Source: an uncultured Christensenellaceae bacterium
Lineage (GTDB): Bacteria > Bacillota > Clostridia > Christensenellales > Borkfalkiaceae
Assembly (NCBI GenBank): GCA_910586655.1
Contig: CAJUIR010000006.1
Coordinates: forward strand, 5,723 to 69,722
Length of the DNA: 64,000 bases
Direction: 5' to 3'
In this document: in pieces, positions 8,846 to 18,209 of the stretch
How positions within the stretch are numbered: the first letter of the stretch is position 1
Layout: the number at the start of each line of letters is the position of its first letter
The notes under the pieces: generated by a model
What the model was told of the DNA's origin: nothing
Seen by the model: only the letters and a program-made list of their open reading frames with translations
Database searches by the model: none
Made by a program: the position numbers and the translations under genes

Positions 8846-11143
8846 TTATTTCAGTTTCTTTCTGCCTTTGAGTTTCTGAAGATCCACTTCCTCCACCTTT
8901 TTATCGGAGGGCTTCACAACGAACAGCGCAATGACGATCACAAGCAATACTGCGGAAATCGCAAAGAGAACGATCGAAACAACGTTGTTCTGCAACCACT
9001 GCGACTGACCGGGCGTATAGTCGAACGGATTTTGCACTTCCATTACTTTATACGCGGTTTTCACTTCGTTAGAACGGTTGGGGTCGGTGACCGTAAGTTT
9101 TACAAGATAAAATCCCGATACCTGCGGATTAAAGGAAAGCGAATTGTTTTTATGCCAAGCATAATCGTTGTCGGTCTTCTCCCAGTCCTCGTCGTCCTCG
9201 GCAACGTCGCTGTCGTATTCGTTGATTTCTTTCAGACAATTCGCATATTTTTCAACGTACTCGTCGATGTTCTTGACAAAGTCCTCATAAGTGGGAGCAG
9301 ATTCGCCTTCGGCAAGTTTGGTTTCGTCAAAGTAATACAGGGCGTATTCTTTTTGGATTCCGTCGAGCGCGATCACTTCAAAGTCCTCGATGCTGTAAAC
9401 GGTATCGCGATAACCGAGTTTTTGCTCTCCAGAATCTTCGATCGTAGCGCCCGTATAGCCTACGTAGAAACGGAATTCGGGAATTTCGTCGATTTCCCAA
9501 ATGTTGGAAGAATTCAGCGTAACCAGATTCCCGTCCAGATAATACTGCATGTTGTTGCTCGCCGCATCCGTTGCAAGAATGCGGAACGTGTAATATCCCT
9601 GTTCTCCGATTTCGAACTTTAAAGAGTTATAAGTCAGAGAGGTAGCGGAAGACGCGCTTTCGCCTTCACTATGGCTGGGTTTATGGAAGTATACGCTGAA
9701 TTTCAGATCTCTGTAATCGGCGTAATCGCTTGTGATCAGTCCGCGGAGCGAAGGAAGATAGAAGTTCGAGCCGCTGCCCGCGCTCACGTTCTTCGCCGCT
9801 TCGGTAACGGCGTTCTGATATGCCTCCACCGCGGCATTGTAAGCCGATTCATCGCTAAATTCGTTCGATCCGTTTCCCGCCGTCAAACCGACGTATTGCG
9901 GTCCCGCATTGTCACGGTCTACTTTAATATAATCGAACGCGTTATCCCCTGTCGCGGGAAGAGTTACGAGTGCGTCTTCCACCGCATACCACGAAAGGTA
10001 AACGTACTCGCTGTCCTCTACTCCGTGATTGCCTTTTAAGTCGAAGCGCACGGAAACGTAGATCATTTCGTCTTCGCCGATCTCGCCCGTGGGCATGAAA
10101 TACGCGGGACGCGAAGCCGTGATATCGCGGTAGTCGGTCGTTTCGCCCTTGACGTATTCCCCGTCTTCGTTCTTCTTTAACATGTAATAGTACAGTTTTG
10201 CAGTCGCGTTGTTGTCGCAGACGTCGATCACCTGATAGTTCACGGTAGATGTGCTGAATCTCTGACCCATTTTGAACGCGTAAACTTTTTTATTGAGTAC
10301 GATCGCAGGCGCGGTATCGTCGATCACTTTGCCGCCCGTAACCGCGCAATAGCCGTCATCTTCCGCATCGGACGCGGTAAGATCGTTCCCCTTGATCACC
10401 AAAGACTGACCGTTTAAACTGCGGAGAAGTACTTTTTGTTCCGCCGCCTGTTCGCCCTCCGCCGGATCCGCGATCTGCGCAGCGAACGTGACGGGCGTTT
10501 GCGGCGTCGTTGCCGCCGACGAACGGTATTCGAGGAAATAACCGCCGATATTGGTAAACGTACCGATTTCAACTGCGGTTTCATCTCCTTCGGCAAGCGC
10601 AACGTCAAACTCGCCGATGCGATCCCCTTCGCTGAGAGAAAGAGTGAGCCAGACATTCGCGTTAACGGGAACGGTTGCGCTCTCTTCGCCCGCCGAGTTT
10701 TTGACAACCGCAACGATCCCGCTTTCTCCTTTTCGGAAAATCAACGCGTTTTGCGTTTTGCCCTCTTTCGTAATATTTTCTTCCGCGCTTTCAAACGTCA
10801 TGGTAAACGTTTCGAATTTCGCTTCTACAAACCGGAACTGTAAATTGAAATTTTGCTCCGCCGCGTCATCAAACCATTTCAGCGCGAGGTTTCTGCGGTA
10901 ATAAACTTCACCGTCGTCTTTCAATTTGAGCGTCGTATATGCGTCGGTTTCGCCGCCCTCCGCCGCCTTATATGCGGCAACCGAGCCGCCGACCCCCTGT
11001 GCAAATATCGCGGTGGGTTCATATTCTTTTGTCGCTGCAAAAGCGTTCCGCGTCGTCATAGCGGTAAACGCAAAGCCCAAAGATACCGCAAACAATACGG
11101 CGAAAGAAATGATTGTAATCCAACGTAGTTTAACTTTTTTCAT
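8846..11143 (-). CDS. Large secreted/extracytoplasmic protein with N-terminal signal peptide and C-terminal TM anchor; function unknown
   Basis: MKKVKLRWITIISFAVLFAVSLGFAF...AFA signal-like N-terminus. This is followed by ~700 aa of acidic, beta-rich sequence, then one C-terminal helix (VVSIVLFAISAVLLVIVIALFVV) and a basic tail. I recognise no domain. Confidence 0.6.
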   Translation of the reverse strand: MKKVKLRWITIISFAVLFAVSLGFAFTAMTTRNAFAATKEYEPTAIFAQGVGGSVAAYKAAEGGETDAYTTLKLKDDGEVYYRRNLALKWFDDAAEQNFNLQFRFVEAKFETFTMTFESAEENITKEGKTQNALIFRKGESGIVAVVKNSAGEESATVPVNANVWLTLSLSEGDRIGEFDVALAEGDETAVEIGTFTNIGGYFLEYRSSAATTPQTPVTFAAQIADPAEGEQAAEQKVLLRSLNGQSLVIKGNDLTASDAEDDGYCAVTGGKVIDDTAPAIVLNKKVYAFKMGQRFSTSTVNYQVIDVCDNNATAKLYYYMLKKNEDGEYVKGETTDYRDITASRPAYFMPTGEIGEDEMIYVSVRFDLKGNHGVEDSEYVYLSWYAVEDALVTLPATGDNAFDYIKVDRDNAGPQYVGLTAGNGSNEFSDESAYNAAVEAYQNAVTEAAKNVSAGSGSNFYLPSLRGLITSDYADYRDLKFSVYFHKPSHSEGESASSATSLTYNSLKFEIGEQGYYTFRILATDAASNNMQYYLDGNLVTLNSSNIWEIDEIPEFRFYVGYTGATIEDSGEQKLGYRDTVYSIEDFEVIALDGIQKEYALYYFDETKLAEGESAPTYEDFVKNIDEYVEKYANCLKEINEYDSDVAEDDEDWEKTDNDYAWHKNNSLSFNPQVSGFYLVKLTVTDPNRSNEVKTAYKVMEVQNPFDYTPGQSQWLQNNVVSIVLFAISAVLLVIVIALFVVKPSDKKVEEVDLQKLKGRKKLK

Positions 11144-11263
11144 GAACACATGCTCCATGCAGGCATAATTGCCCAATCTATCTTGTCTATTCTACACAAA
11201 AATTGCGTTTCCGTCAAGCAGTAACGCATGCATATTCGGAAAGAATTTGAAAATTTGTCCGAT

Positions 11264-11974
11264 TTATAAGGGTTTCAGCGTCTCGACGTTAAAATACTTC
11301 CAAGGGGTTTCTTCCGCGGGCGGCAAAATCAAAAACCGAAGCCGCTCTTTGCTGACGGGATGCGTGAACCCGAGCGAATAAGCCCAAAGCGCAAGATTGC
11401 CCTTTACCGCCTTTTCGCCGCCGTAGCGCATGTCGCCGTATACGGGATGCGAGATGCCTGCCGTCTGTACGCGGATCTGATGGCTTCTGCCCGTATGAAG
11501 TCTGATTTCGGTCAAAGAAAGTCCGTTTTTCTGCTCCAATACGCGATAATCCAGCGACGCTAATTTCGCGCCGTCGGTCCCCTGCGTACACAGATACACC
11601 ATGTTGTTTACGGTGTTTTTTTTCAGATAGTTGACGAGTGTGCCGCTCTCCTGCGAAAGCGCGCCGCAAAGCACCGCAAGATATTTTTTTTCGAAATCTC
11701 CCGACGCCATCTGTTCGCACAGCCTGCCCGCCGCTTTGCTCGTTTTCGCAAACACCATCACGCCGCCCGTAGGACGGTCGAGACGGTGAACCAGTCCGAT
11801 GTAGACGTTCCCCTGTTTGTTGTATTTGACGCGAACGTATTCCTTCACGCGGTCGAATAAACTTTCGTCTCCGCTCTCGTCGGGACACGTCGCCAAATTC
11901 TGCGGTTTTAACACCACGATGATGTGGTTATCCTCGTAAAGGATCGTAAGCGGATTTTCAAGATTCGTTGACAT
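11264..11974 (-). CDS. RluA-family pseudouridine synthase (no S4 domain)
   Basis: HRLDRPTGGVMVFAKTS and RSHQIRVQ motifs. It overlaps the upstream methyltransferase gene by 17 nt. Confidence 0.88.
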   Translation of the reverse strand: MSTNLENPLTILYEDNHIIVVLKPQNLATCPDESGDESLFDRVKEYVRVKYNKQGNVYIGLVHRLDRPTGGVMVFAKTSKAAGRLCEQMASGDFEKKYLAVLCGALSQESGTLVNYLKKNTVNNMVYLCTQGTDGAKLASLDYRVLEQKNGLSLTEIRLHTGRSHQIRVQTAGISHPVYGDMRYGGEKAVKGNLALWAYSLGFTHPVSKERLRFLILPPAEETPWKYFNVETLKPL

Positions 11975-12821
11975 AAATTCCTCCTGCGCCGCAAGGGAGC
12001 GGAATTCCTTCTTCTGTGGGAAGCCCTACTTCGTATGCTTCGATTCTGCCGCCCAGCCCAGCAAGCGAGAGGGTAAGCAAATTGGAGAGCACGGCGGGCT
12101 GCAACCCCGTGGTATAACTGTTGATCAAAACAAAGAGCGGACGGTCGCTCAAAAGTCCCGAACACAACTTCACGAACGGGAAAAGCCCCGTTTCGATCTT
12201 CCACATCTCTCCCCCGGGTCCCCTGCCGTAAGAGGGAGGATCCATTACGATCGCGTCGTAGCGGTTTCCCCGACGGAGTTCGCGCTGTACGAACTTCACG
12301 CAGTCGTCTACGATATATCGGATCCCGCTTGTAATGCCAGAAAGCCTTGCGTTTTCTCCCGCGCGCTCGACCATACCTTTCGCAGCGTCTACGTGCGTTA
12401 CTTCCGCGCCCGCCTTTGCCAAGGCAACGCTCGCGCCGCCCGTATAGGCAAAGAGATTTAAAACTTTGATCTTCCTGCCCGCCTTCCGAACAAGTTCCGC
12501 AGTTCTGTCCCAGTTGACCGCCTGTTCGGGAAAAAGACCGGTATGTTTGAACCCCATCGGCTTCACGGAAAACACGCAATCCCGATAGGAGATATTCCAG
12601 GTTTCGGGGATTTTACGGCGGTATTCCCATGCGCCGCCGCCCTTTTCGCTGCGGCGGTACACGGCGTCGATCCGCGGATCGGAAAACAAGTCGTAACCGG
12701 CATCCCATATGACCTGCGGATCGGGACGGAGCAACACCGTTTCTCCCCAACGCTCCAATTTATAACCGCCGCCCGTGGCGAGTACGGCGTAATCCTTCCA
12801 ATGTTCGGCAAGACGAATCAT
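11958..12821 (-). CDS. Class I SAM-dependent (RlmI/RlmK-like) RNA methyltransferase
   Basis: N-terminus WKDYAVLATGGGYKLERWG..LLRPDPQVIW, SAM motif FAYTGGASVALAKAGA and DAIVMDPPSY motif. I set the start at ATG 12821 (MIRLAEH). Confidence 0.8.
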   Translation of the reverse strand: MIRLAEHWKDYAVLATGGGYKLERWGETVLLRPDPQVIWDAGYDLFSDPRIDAVYRRSEKGGGAWEYRRKIPETWNISYRDCVFSVKPMGFKHTGLFPEQAVNWDRTAELVRKAGRKIKVLNLFAYTGGASVALAKAGAEVTHVDAAKGMVERAGENARLSGITSGIRYIVDDCVKFVQRELRRGNRYDAIVMDPPSYGRGPGGEMWKIETGLFPFVKLCSGLLSDRPLFVLINSYTTGLQPAVLSNLLTLSLAGLGGRIEAYEVGLPTEEGIPLPCGAGGIYVNES

Positions 12822-12909
12822 GATGATATTATATAAAACCCTTTTGAATTTGTAAAGTAAATCTCCGCGGCGAAAAAAAGAAACAAGCAATAAAACGAAT
12901 TTTACCGTT

Positions 12910-12935
12910 AAAAAAGCGCCGCATATGCGGCGCTT
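12910..12935 (-). terminator. Intrinsic terminator after the GH51-like gene
   Basis: Stem AAGCGCCGCA/TGCGGCGCTT followed by a T-run on the minus strand. Confidence 0.8.
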
Positions 12936-12944
12936 CGGAATCTG

Positions 12945-14744
12945 TTATTTTTTGAAAACAAGCACCTGAAAACTGTGCGGCGGCAGCGTAAGGGTTCGTT
13001 CGCCCGTCGGTGCAATGATTTCGGGTACGATTTTTTCGGGATCCGAAGGCGTATTGCAATCGGTCTTTTGGCCGTGCAAACAGATGATCTGCGTCAGCGC
13101 GCCGAAATCGTGATCGCCTTCCACTTCCGCTTCCCAAGATTCGTCGCACGCATTCACCGCTTTTACAAACGTGAACGCGTCGCGTTGGGTCGCCGAAACA
13201 TAAACGCCGTTTTGGCTTGACTCGGCGTTCAGCCGAACATTGCCTGTATGAACGCTGAACAGTTTCTGTACGTAATAATTTGGAGTAAGATAAACGGAAT
13301 TTCCGTCAAACCAAACGAGTCCCGTCCCGCGCTTCGAATAGCAAAGACGCGCCAATAAGGGGGCATACGATTTGAATTCGGGAGCAAGCGAACCGCTTTC
13401 CGATCCCGTCAGATACGCCGCCTCCGCAAGCGCGCATTCCCATGAATTCGCCTGCGGTCCGTCTTCCGTTTTACAATCGGACACTGCCGCGAACGCACCC
13501 GCAGAAATACTTTCTCCGCACACGTCTGTCCTGAATTCGTTTGCTTTTCGATAAAACGCATCGGGCGCTAAAAACAGATCGTCTTCCGTTGTAATCATTT
13601 TGAGCGCGGGGTATTTTTCGGCGAACCGTACCCGCAATAATTCTACCGTCTTTTTTGCAACGGCAGAATGTTTTTCCGCTAAGCCGCGTCCGTAAGAAAC
13701 CGCCAGATATTCCAGACCGAACGGTTCGGCATGTCCCATTTCGGCGCGCACTCTGCCCCAAAGCGTATCCGTCCCGCCGCAGGCAAATTCCGCGATATCC
13801 TGCGCGTCCTGTATGATTGCTTCCGTTTCCGCTTCTCCGAGCACGCCGGCCGAAACGGGAAGATACACCGTAGGAATCGGTTTTGCGCCCAAATACTGCG
13901 CAAAGCGAAAATACTCGTAATATCCGATTCCGAGCGACTGCCCGAAATGCGGACCTTGCCCAAAATCCGATTGCACGGGATTTCCGTTTGCCGACCGAAA
14001 CGGAAGATAAGACTTCCTGCGTTCGGTCTGCCCGATCGAATACTTCCAAAGATAACGGGACGCTCCTGCTTCATGCAACTCTCCCTCGCCGGGAAAGCGC
14101 AGAAACGCAGGCTTCATTTCTTTTAACGTTACCGCAAGATCGCGGCGGAACACGCCCAGAACGGCGTTCGCAGGCATCATCGAAAAACAATCCAGATGAA
14201 TGACGCCCGTTTTGGCAAGGGTAAAACAGAAATCCGCGCGCGCGGCGTCCGATTTGCTCTTTAAACGGAAGGAATAACGCCGCCACTGTCCGTCCGGTTT
14301 AATTTTTACTTTTTTGTGGATCAAACGCGTTCCGTTTTGATACACTCCCACTTCCGCGGCGCCCTTATAAGTATAGGAACGCGCATAAAACGAGATATGA
14401 TATTCTTTCCCCGCGTTGAGATAGATCCCGTCGAACGCTTTATTTTTGATCCCCGCGCCTGCTTGATTCACGGTCAGTCTCAAATAATGCGGATTTTCCG
14501 AATAGAGCGGACGGTCGTCTTTTACTTTCAAAGCAATATCAGAGCCGTCGGGATACCCCTGCCATCCGTAACTTCCGTCGTCGGAAAAAACTCCGCCGCC
14601 AACGGTTTTCGCTTCGAAATTTCTGTTTTCGAGCATCTCGGCATACAGACCGCCGTCGAGACAGTAATCGGCGTCTTCGACGTACAGCCCTGTTCCGCCG
14701 CATACAACGGGCGATTTTTCTTGCTGCGTGATTGAAATTTTCAT
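12945..14744 (-). CDS. GH51-like (alpha-L-arabinofuranosidase family) protein, possibly catalytically inactive
   Basis: N-terminal GGLYAEMLENRNFE, then LRFPGEGE, then WGRVRAEMGHAEPFGLEYLAV resemble long-form GH51 enzymes. Where I expect the GNE acid/base motif the sequence reads SYG. Confidence 0.55.
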   Translation of the reverse strand: MKISITQQEKSPVVCGGTGLYVEDADYCLDGGLYAEMLENRNFEAKTVGGGVFSDDGSYGWQGYPDGSDIALKVKDDRPLYSENPHYLRLTVNQAGAGIKNKAFDGIYLNAGKEYHISFYARSYTYKGAAEVGVYQNGTRLIHKKVKIKPDGQWRRYSFRLKSKSDAARADFCFTLAKTGVIHLDCFSMMPANAVLGVFRRDLAVTLKEMKPAFLRFPGEGELHEAGASRYLWKYSIGQTERRKSYLPFRSANGNPVQSDFGQGPHFGQSLGIGYYEYFRFAQYLGAKPIPTVYLPVSAGVLGEAETEAIIQDAQDIAEFACGGTDTLWGRVRAEMGHAEPFGLEYLAVSYGRGLAEKHSAVAKKTVELLRVRFAEKYPALKMITTEDDLFLAPDAFYRKANEFRTDVCGESISAGAFAAVSDCKTEDGPQANSWECALAEAAYLTGSESGSLAPEFKSYAPLLARLCYSKRGTGLVWFDGNSVYLTPNYYVQKLFSVHTGNVRLNAESSQNGVYVSATQRDAFTFVKAVNACDESWEAEVEGDHDFGALTQIICLHGQKTDCNTPSDPEKIVPEIIAPTGERTLTLPPHSFQVLVFKK

Positions 14745-14770
14745 GATAATTCCTTAAATCGGGAAATCGT

Positions 14771-16429
14771 TCATTCGATCGAATGCGCGATAAACGTGAT
14801 ATGGTCTGCCGCGCGTTCGAGATTTCCGACGAGGTTGATGAATACGTTCGAATTTTCGGGCTGACATTTTCCCTCGTTCAAACGTTGAATGTGCATATTG
14901 ACGATCTGTTTCTTGGTTTTGTCGATTTCGTCTTCGAGTTTGTCCACCTCGCTCAGACCGTCGTAATCCTTATAGAGGAACGTCGCAAGCGAAAGCACGT
15001 ACAAGTTTTTGATCTTCTCGTGCATTTCTTTGGTCATCTCGATAAAATCGTTTGAAAATACGAGTTCGTCGTTGACGTAATGGTTGGTATATTTTGTTAC
15101 GTTGTCGGCAAGTTCGCCGATACGCATGACGTCGTTGAGCACGTAATGTAAATTGGAAATAGTCTTTTCGTCTTCCATGGCGAGCGAGGACGCGGATAAC
15201 TTGACAAGGTATTCTACCATGATTTTATTCGCATTGGAAAGTTCTTTGTTGTGTTCCAGCACCTTTTCCTTTGCAGAAACGTCTTTGGCGACAAACGCGT
15301 CCACCGCGAGATTCAACGTATCCATCGAGAAGGAAAATATCTTTCCCGTTTCCTGATAGATATGTCCGAGCGCGATCGAGGGACTGCGCATCAGACGTTC
15401 GTCCAAATCGGCGGTTATGCCTGCCTGCTCCTGCTTCACGGGCGATTTCTTTTCGCGCACCATCAGGTTTGCAAGTTTTACAAACATATTGATAAACGGC
15501 AGGAACAACAACGTACAGATGACGTTAAACAGCGTATGGAACATCGCGATCTGGAACTCGGGATGATTGGGGAACAAGGCAACCAGCACGGAATCGCCGA
15601 AGCCGCTCCAACAGAGCAGGAAGACCATAAAGATGACCGCGCCAAACAAGTTGAACATGAAATGAATGAACGCAGCGCGTTTTGCGTTTGTGGAAGCGCC
15701 CAAGGAAGAAAGCAGCGCCGTGACGCAAGTTCCGATATTGGAACCGATGATGATATAGTAAACTGCGTTTCCGCCGCCGCCGATGATCAGCCCCTGCCCC
15801 GCCATCGTGATAATGATCGCATTCACCGCAGAAGACGACTGTACCAGCGCGGTCAGCGCAATACCGATCAAAAGCAACAACGCCGGATTTTTCATCCAGA
15901 CAAGCGCTTTGGAAACGGCTTGATAGGCTTCGCTCCCTTCTTCAAACGACATTGCTTCCGACATAAACGTCAGTCCTACGAAAATCAGTCCTAACCCCGC
16001 AAGCGCACTTCCCACCGACTTTACTTTTTCGTCTTTCGAGAACATTCCCATAAAAACGCCGACGGCGGTAAGACACAGCAGAAGCGACGTTACGTCGAAC
16101 GTATTCAAAGAAACCAGCCATGCGGTGATCGTCGTTCCCACGTTCGCGCCCATAATAACCGCAGTTCCTTGGAACAACGTCATAATACCGGCGTTGACAA
16201 GTCCCACGACCATAATCGTCGTTAAAGAGGAACTTTGCGCGATCATGGTAACGCCCGTACCGATCCCGACGCCCGCAAAACGGTTCTTCGACGTTTTGTT
16301 CAACATCGTTCGCAATTTTCCGTGCGCAAGACGCGTCATGTTATCGGACAGACTGGTCATACCCATGAGGAACGCTCCCATTCCTCCGAATATCTTCACG
16401 ACGATTTCTATATAGTCCATTACACCCAT
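14771..16429 (-). CDS. Na+/phosphate cotransporter family protein (NptA-like with PhoU-like C-terminal domain)
   Basis: Duplicated Na_Pi_cotrans-type membrane repeats (QSSSLTTIMVVGLV / QSSSAVNAIIITMA) followed by ~200 aa of helical PhoU-like sequence. Confidence 0.88.
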   Translation of the reverse strand: MGVMDYIEIVVKIFGGMGAFLMGMTSLSDNMTRLAHGKLRTMLNKTSKNRFAGVGIGTGVTMIAQSSSLTTIMVVGLVNAGIMTLFQGTAVIMGANVGTTITAWLVSLNTFDVTSLLLCLTAVGVFMGMFSKDEKVKSVGSALAGLGLIFVGLTFMSEAMSFEEGSEAYQAVSKALVWMKNPALLLLIGIALTALVQSSSAVNAIIITMAGQGLIIGGGGNAVYYIIIGSNIGTCVTALLSSLGASTNAKRAAFIHFMFNLFGAVIFMVFLLCWSGFGDSVLVALFPNHPEFQIAMFHTLFNVICTLLFLPFINMFVKLANLMVREKKSPVKQEQAGITADLDERLMRSPSIALGHIYQETGKIFSFSMDTLNLAVDAFVAKDVSAKEKVLEHNKELSNANKIMVEYLVKLSASSLAMEDEKTISNLHYVLNDVMRIGELADNVTKYTNHYVNDELVFSNDFIEMTKEMHEKIKNLYVLSLATFLYKDYDGLSEVDKLEDEIDKTKKQIVNMHIQRLNEGKCQPENSNVFINLVGNLERAADHITFIAHSIE

Positions 16430-16538
16430 ATGTTTATGCGTTTTCTCCTCGTCCGTATAAAACCTTACGTTTATTATACAAGAAATTAAGGCATATTCAT
16501 TCGGCTTTCAATATATTGAAAATATAAACTTTTTTCCA

Positions 16539-16570
16539 TAAAAAAAGACATTCGCAAGGAATGTCTTTTT
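16539..16570 (-). terminator. Intrinsic terminator of the tRNA-Pro transcription unit
   Basis: Stem AGACATTC/GAATGTCT followed by T7 on the minus strand, immediately 3' of tRNA-Pro(CGG). Confidence 0.8.
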
Positions 16571-16647
16571 TGGTCGAGGCGACGGGATTCGAACCCACGA
16601 CCTCTTGGTCCCGAACCAAGCGCGCTACCAAACTGCGCTACGCCTCG
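16571..16647 (-). tRNA. tRNA-Pro (anticodon CGG), CCA encoded
   Basis: Hand-folded cloverleaf: CGAGGCG-TA-GCGC-AGTTTGGTA-GCGC-G-CTTGG-TTCGGGA-CCAAG-AGGTC-GTGGG-TTCGAAT-CCCGT-CGCCTCG-A-CCA. It has C1:G72, A73 and G37, as in bacterial tRNA-Pro. Confidence 0.9.
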
Positions 16648-16734
16648 ATATTGGCATTTTATGCCGCGAAACGCCGGTTATAAAGCGCTTCGTCTGAATA
16701 TTGTAATGCCGCGAAGATTTCCTTCGCGGCACGT

Positions 16735-16811
16735 TGGTTGAGGTGACGGGACTTGAACCCACGACCTCTTGGTCCCTAACCAAGCGCGCTACCAAACTGC
16801 GCTACACCTCA
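16735..16811 (-). tRNA. tRNA-Pro (anticodon AGG, A at wobble position 34), CCA encoded
   Basis: Hand-folded cloverleaf: TGAGGTG-TA-GCGC-AGTTTGGTA-GCGC-G-CTTGG-TTAGGGA-CCAAG-AGGTC-GTGGG-TTCAAGT-CCCGT-CACCTCA-A-CCA. It has U33, G37 and A73. The acceptor-stem differences from the CGG copy are compensatory (U1:A72, U6:A67). Confidence 0.8.
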
Positions 16812-16826
16812 ATAAAAGCATTTATC

Positions 16827-16854
16827 ATTATAGAGAAATTTTATCATGTGTCAA
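16827..16854 (-). promoter_or_regulatory. Near-consensus promoter of the tRNA-Pro pair
   Basis: Minus strand TTGACA-16 nt-TATAAT, ending ~15 nt upstream of the 5' end of tRNA-Pro(AGG). Confidence 0.75.
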
Positions 16855-16895
16855 GCATTTTACCCGTATTTTCGGGCAAATTTTTCTCGATCCTT

Positions 16896-18209
16896 TTAAT
16901 TTCTCCGATAAATGCTTGCAGAAAAGGGAGGAAGATAAATATCGTTTAAATTGCGGACTTGTCCGCTCAGCAAATCGGTCCCTTCCGCTTCCTCTACGCG
17001 CACGGTGCAATCCCCCGCGCCGATATTGATCGCAACGATCAGTTTTTCCCCTTCGAATTCCCGCACGAATGACAGATTGGTATTTTGCAGCGTCGCCTTG
17101 GAATAACTCCCGTAAGAAAGCGCGCGGCTGCTTTTACGGATTCCGGCAAGTTTGCGGATGTGCGAGTTCAGTTCGGGATACGCAGAACGATCGATCGAAT
17201 CGATGCAGGGACGAAGATACGCGTCGTTCTCACCCTTATCGCCCTCGGCACCGAATTCCGACCCGTAATAAATACAGGGCATTCCCGGAATCGTAAACAA
17301 TAGCGTATAGAGGTTGAGCAAATTCCGTCTTTCTTTCAATGCGGTGCAGACGCGCGGCACGTCGTGATTATCCAAAAAGTTCAGCATCCGTTTGCCCGTA
17401 TAAAGCGCCCACGGCTGCGAAGAAAATAAACGCGTTAAGGAGTGTTCGATTTCAAACAGATTTTCCGAATTGAACGCCGACGTCATTCCCTTATAGCACT
17501 CGTAATTCGTGATCGAATCGAGGCGTTCGGGACTGACGTTCTGCTGAAAATTACCGCAATGGATCACTTCCCCGACTAAATAAAAATCGGGTTTCTTTTC
17601 CCTCACCGTGCGACGGATCATCTCCATAAACCATGCGGGAAGCAAATAACATACGTCTAATCGCAACCCGTCGATGTGAAATTCGTCGATCCAGAACCGA
17701 ACGGCGTCCATCAGATAATTTTGTACGTCGGCATTTTCCAGCCGCAGTTTGACCAATTCCGGATGCCCCTCCCAGTTCTCGTAATCAAAGCCGTCGTTAT
17801 AACGGGAATTTCCGTGAAAATCGATGTTGAACCAAAAGCGGTAATCGGTCCCCTCCCGTTTTTCGCGCACTTCCCGAAAGGGCGCAAACTCTCTGCCCGT
17901 ATGATTGAACACGCCGTCCAATACGACTCGGATCCCGTTTTCGTGAAACTGCTCCACGAGCAGTTTGAGATCTTCGTTCGTCCCGAGCCGTCTGTCCACA
18001 CGGAAAAAATTCACGGTATCGTAACCGTGCCGCTCGCTTTCGAACAGCGGATTCAATAGAACGGCGCCGACCCCGAGTTCCTTCAGCCGCGGGATCTCAT
18101 CGCCGATTTTCCCGAGTCTGTGTCTGATCTCCCCGAAATCGTTTGCCTGCTCCGCTCCGCAAAACCCCAACGGATATATCTGATAAAATACGCTTTCGTC
18201 AAACCACAT
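16896..18209 (-). CDS. GH13 alpha-amylase-family glycosidase (intracellular, neopullulanase/alpha-glucosidase-like)
   Basis: All four GH13 regions are present: DGVFNH, DGLRLDV (nucleophile), GEVIH (acid/base) and FLDNHD. There is no signal peptide. Confidence 0.88.
   Translation of the reverse strand: MWFDESVFYQIYPLGFCGAEQANDFGEIRHRLGKIGDEIPRLKELGVGAVLLNPLFESERHGYDTVNFFRVDRRLGTNEDLKLLVEQFHENGIRVVLDGVFNHTGREFAPFREVREKREGTDYRFWFNIDFHGNSRYNDGFDYENWEGHPELVKLRLENADVQNYLMDAVRFWIDEFHIDGLRLDVCYLLPAWFMEMIRRTVREKKPDFYLVGEVIHCGNFQQNVSPERLDSITNYECYKGMTSAFNSENLFEIEHSLTRLFSSQPWALYTGKRMLNFLDNHDVPRVCTALKERRNLLNLYTLLFTIPGMPCIYYGSEFGAEGDKGENDAYLRPCIDSIDRSAYPELNSHIRKLAGIRKSSRALSYGSYSKATLQNTNLSFVREFEGEKLIVAINIGAGDCTVRVEEAEGTDLLSGQVRNLNDIYLPPFSASIYRRN

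Noticed and set aside
16708-16730. Hairpin GCCGCGAAG-atttc-CTTCGCGGC between the two tRNA-Pro genes as a terminator
   Set aside because: On the transcribed (minus) strand it is not followed by a T-run. It is more likely a processing or structural element within a single transcript.
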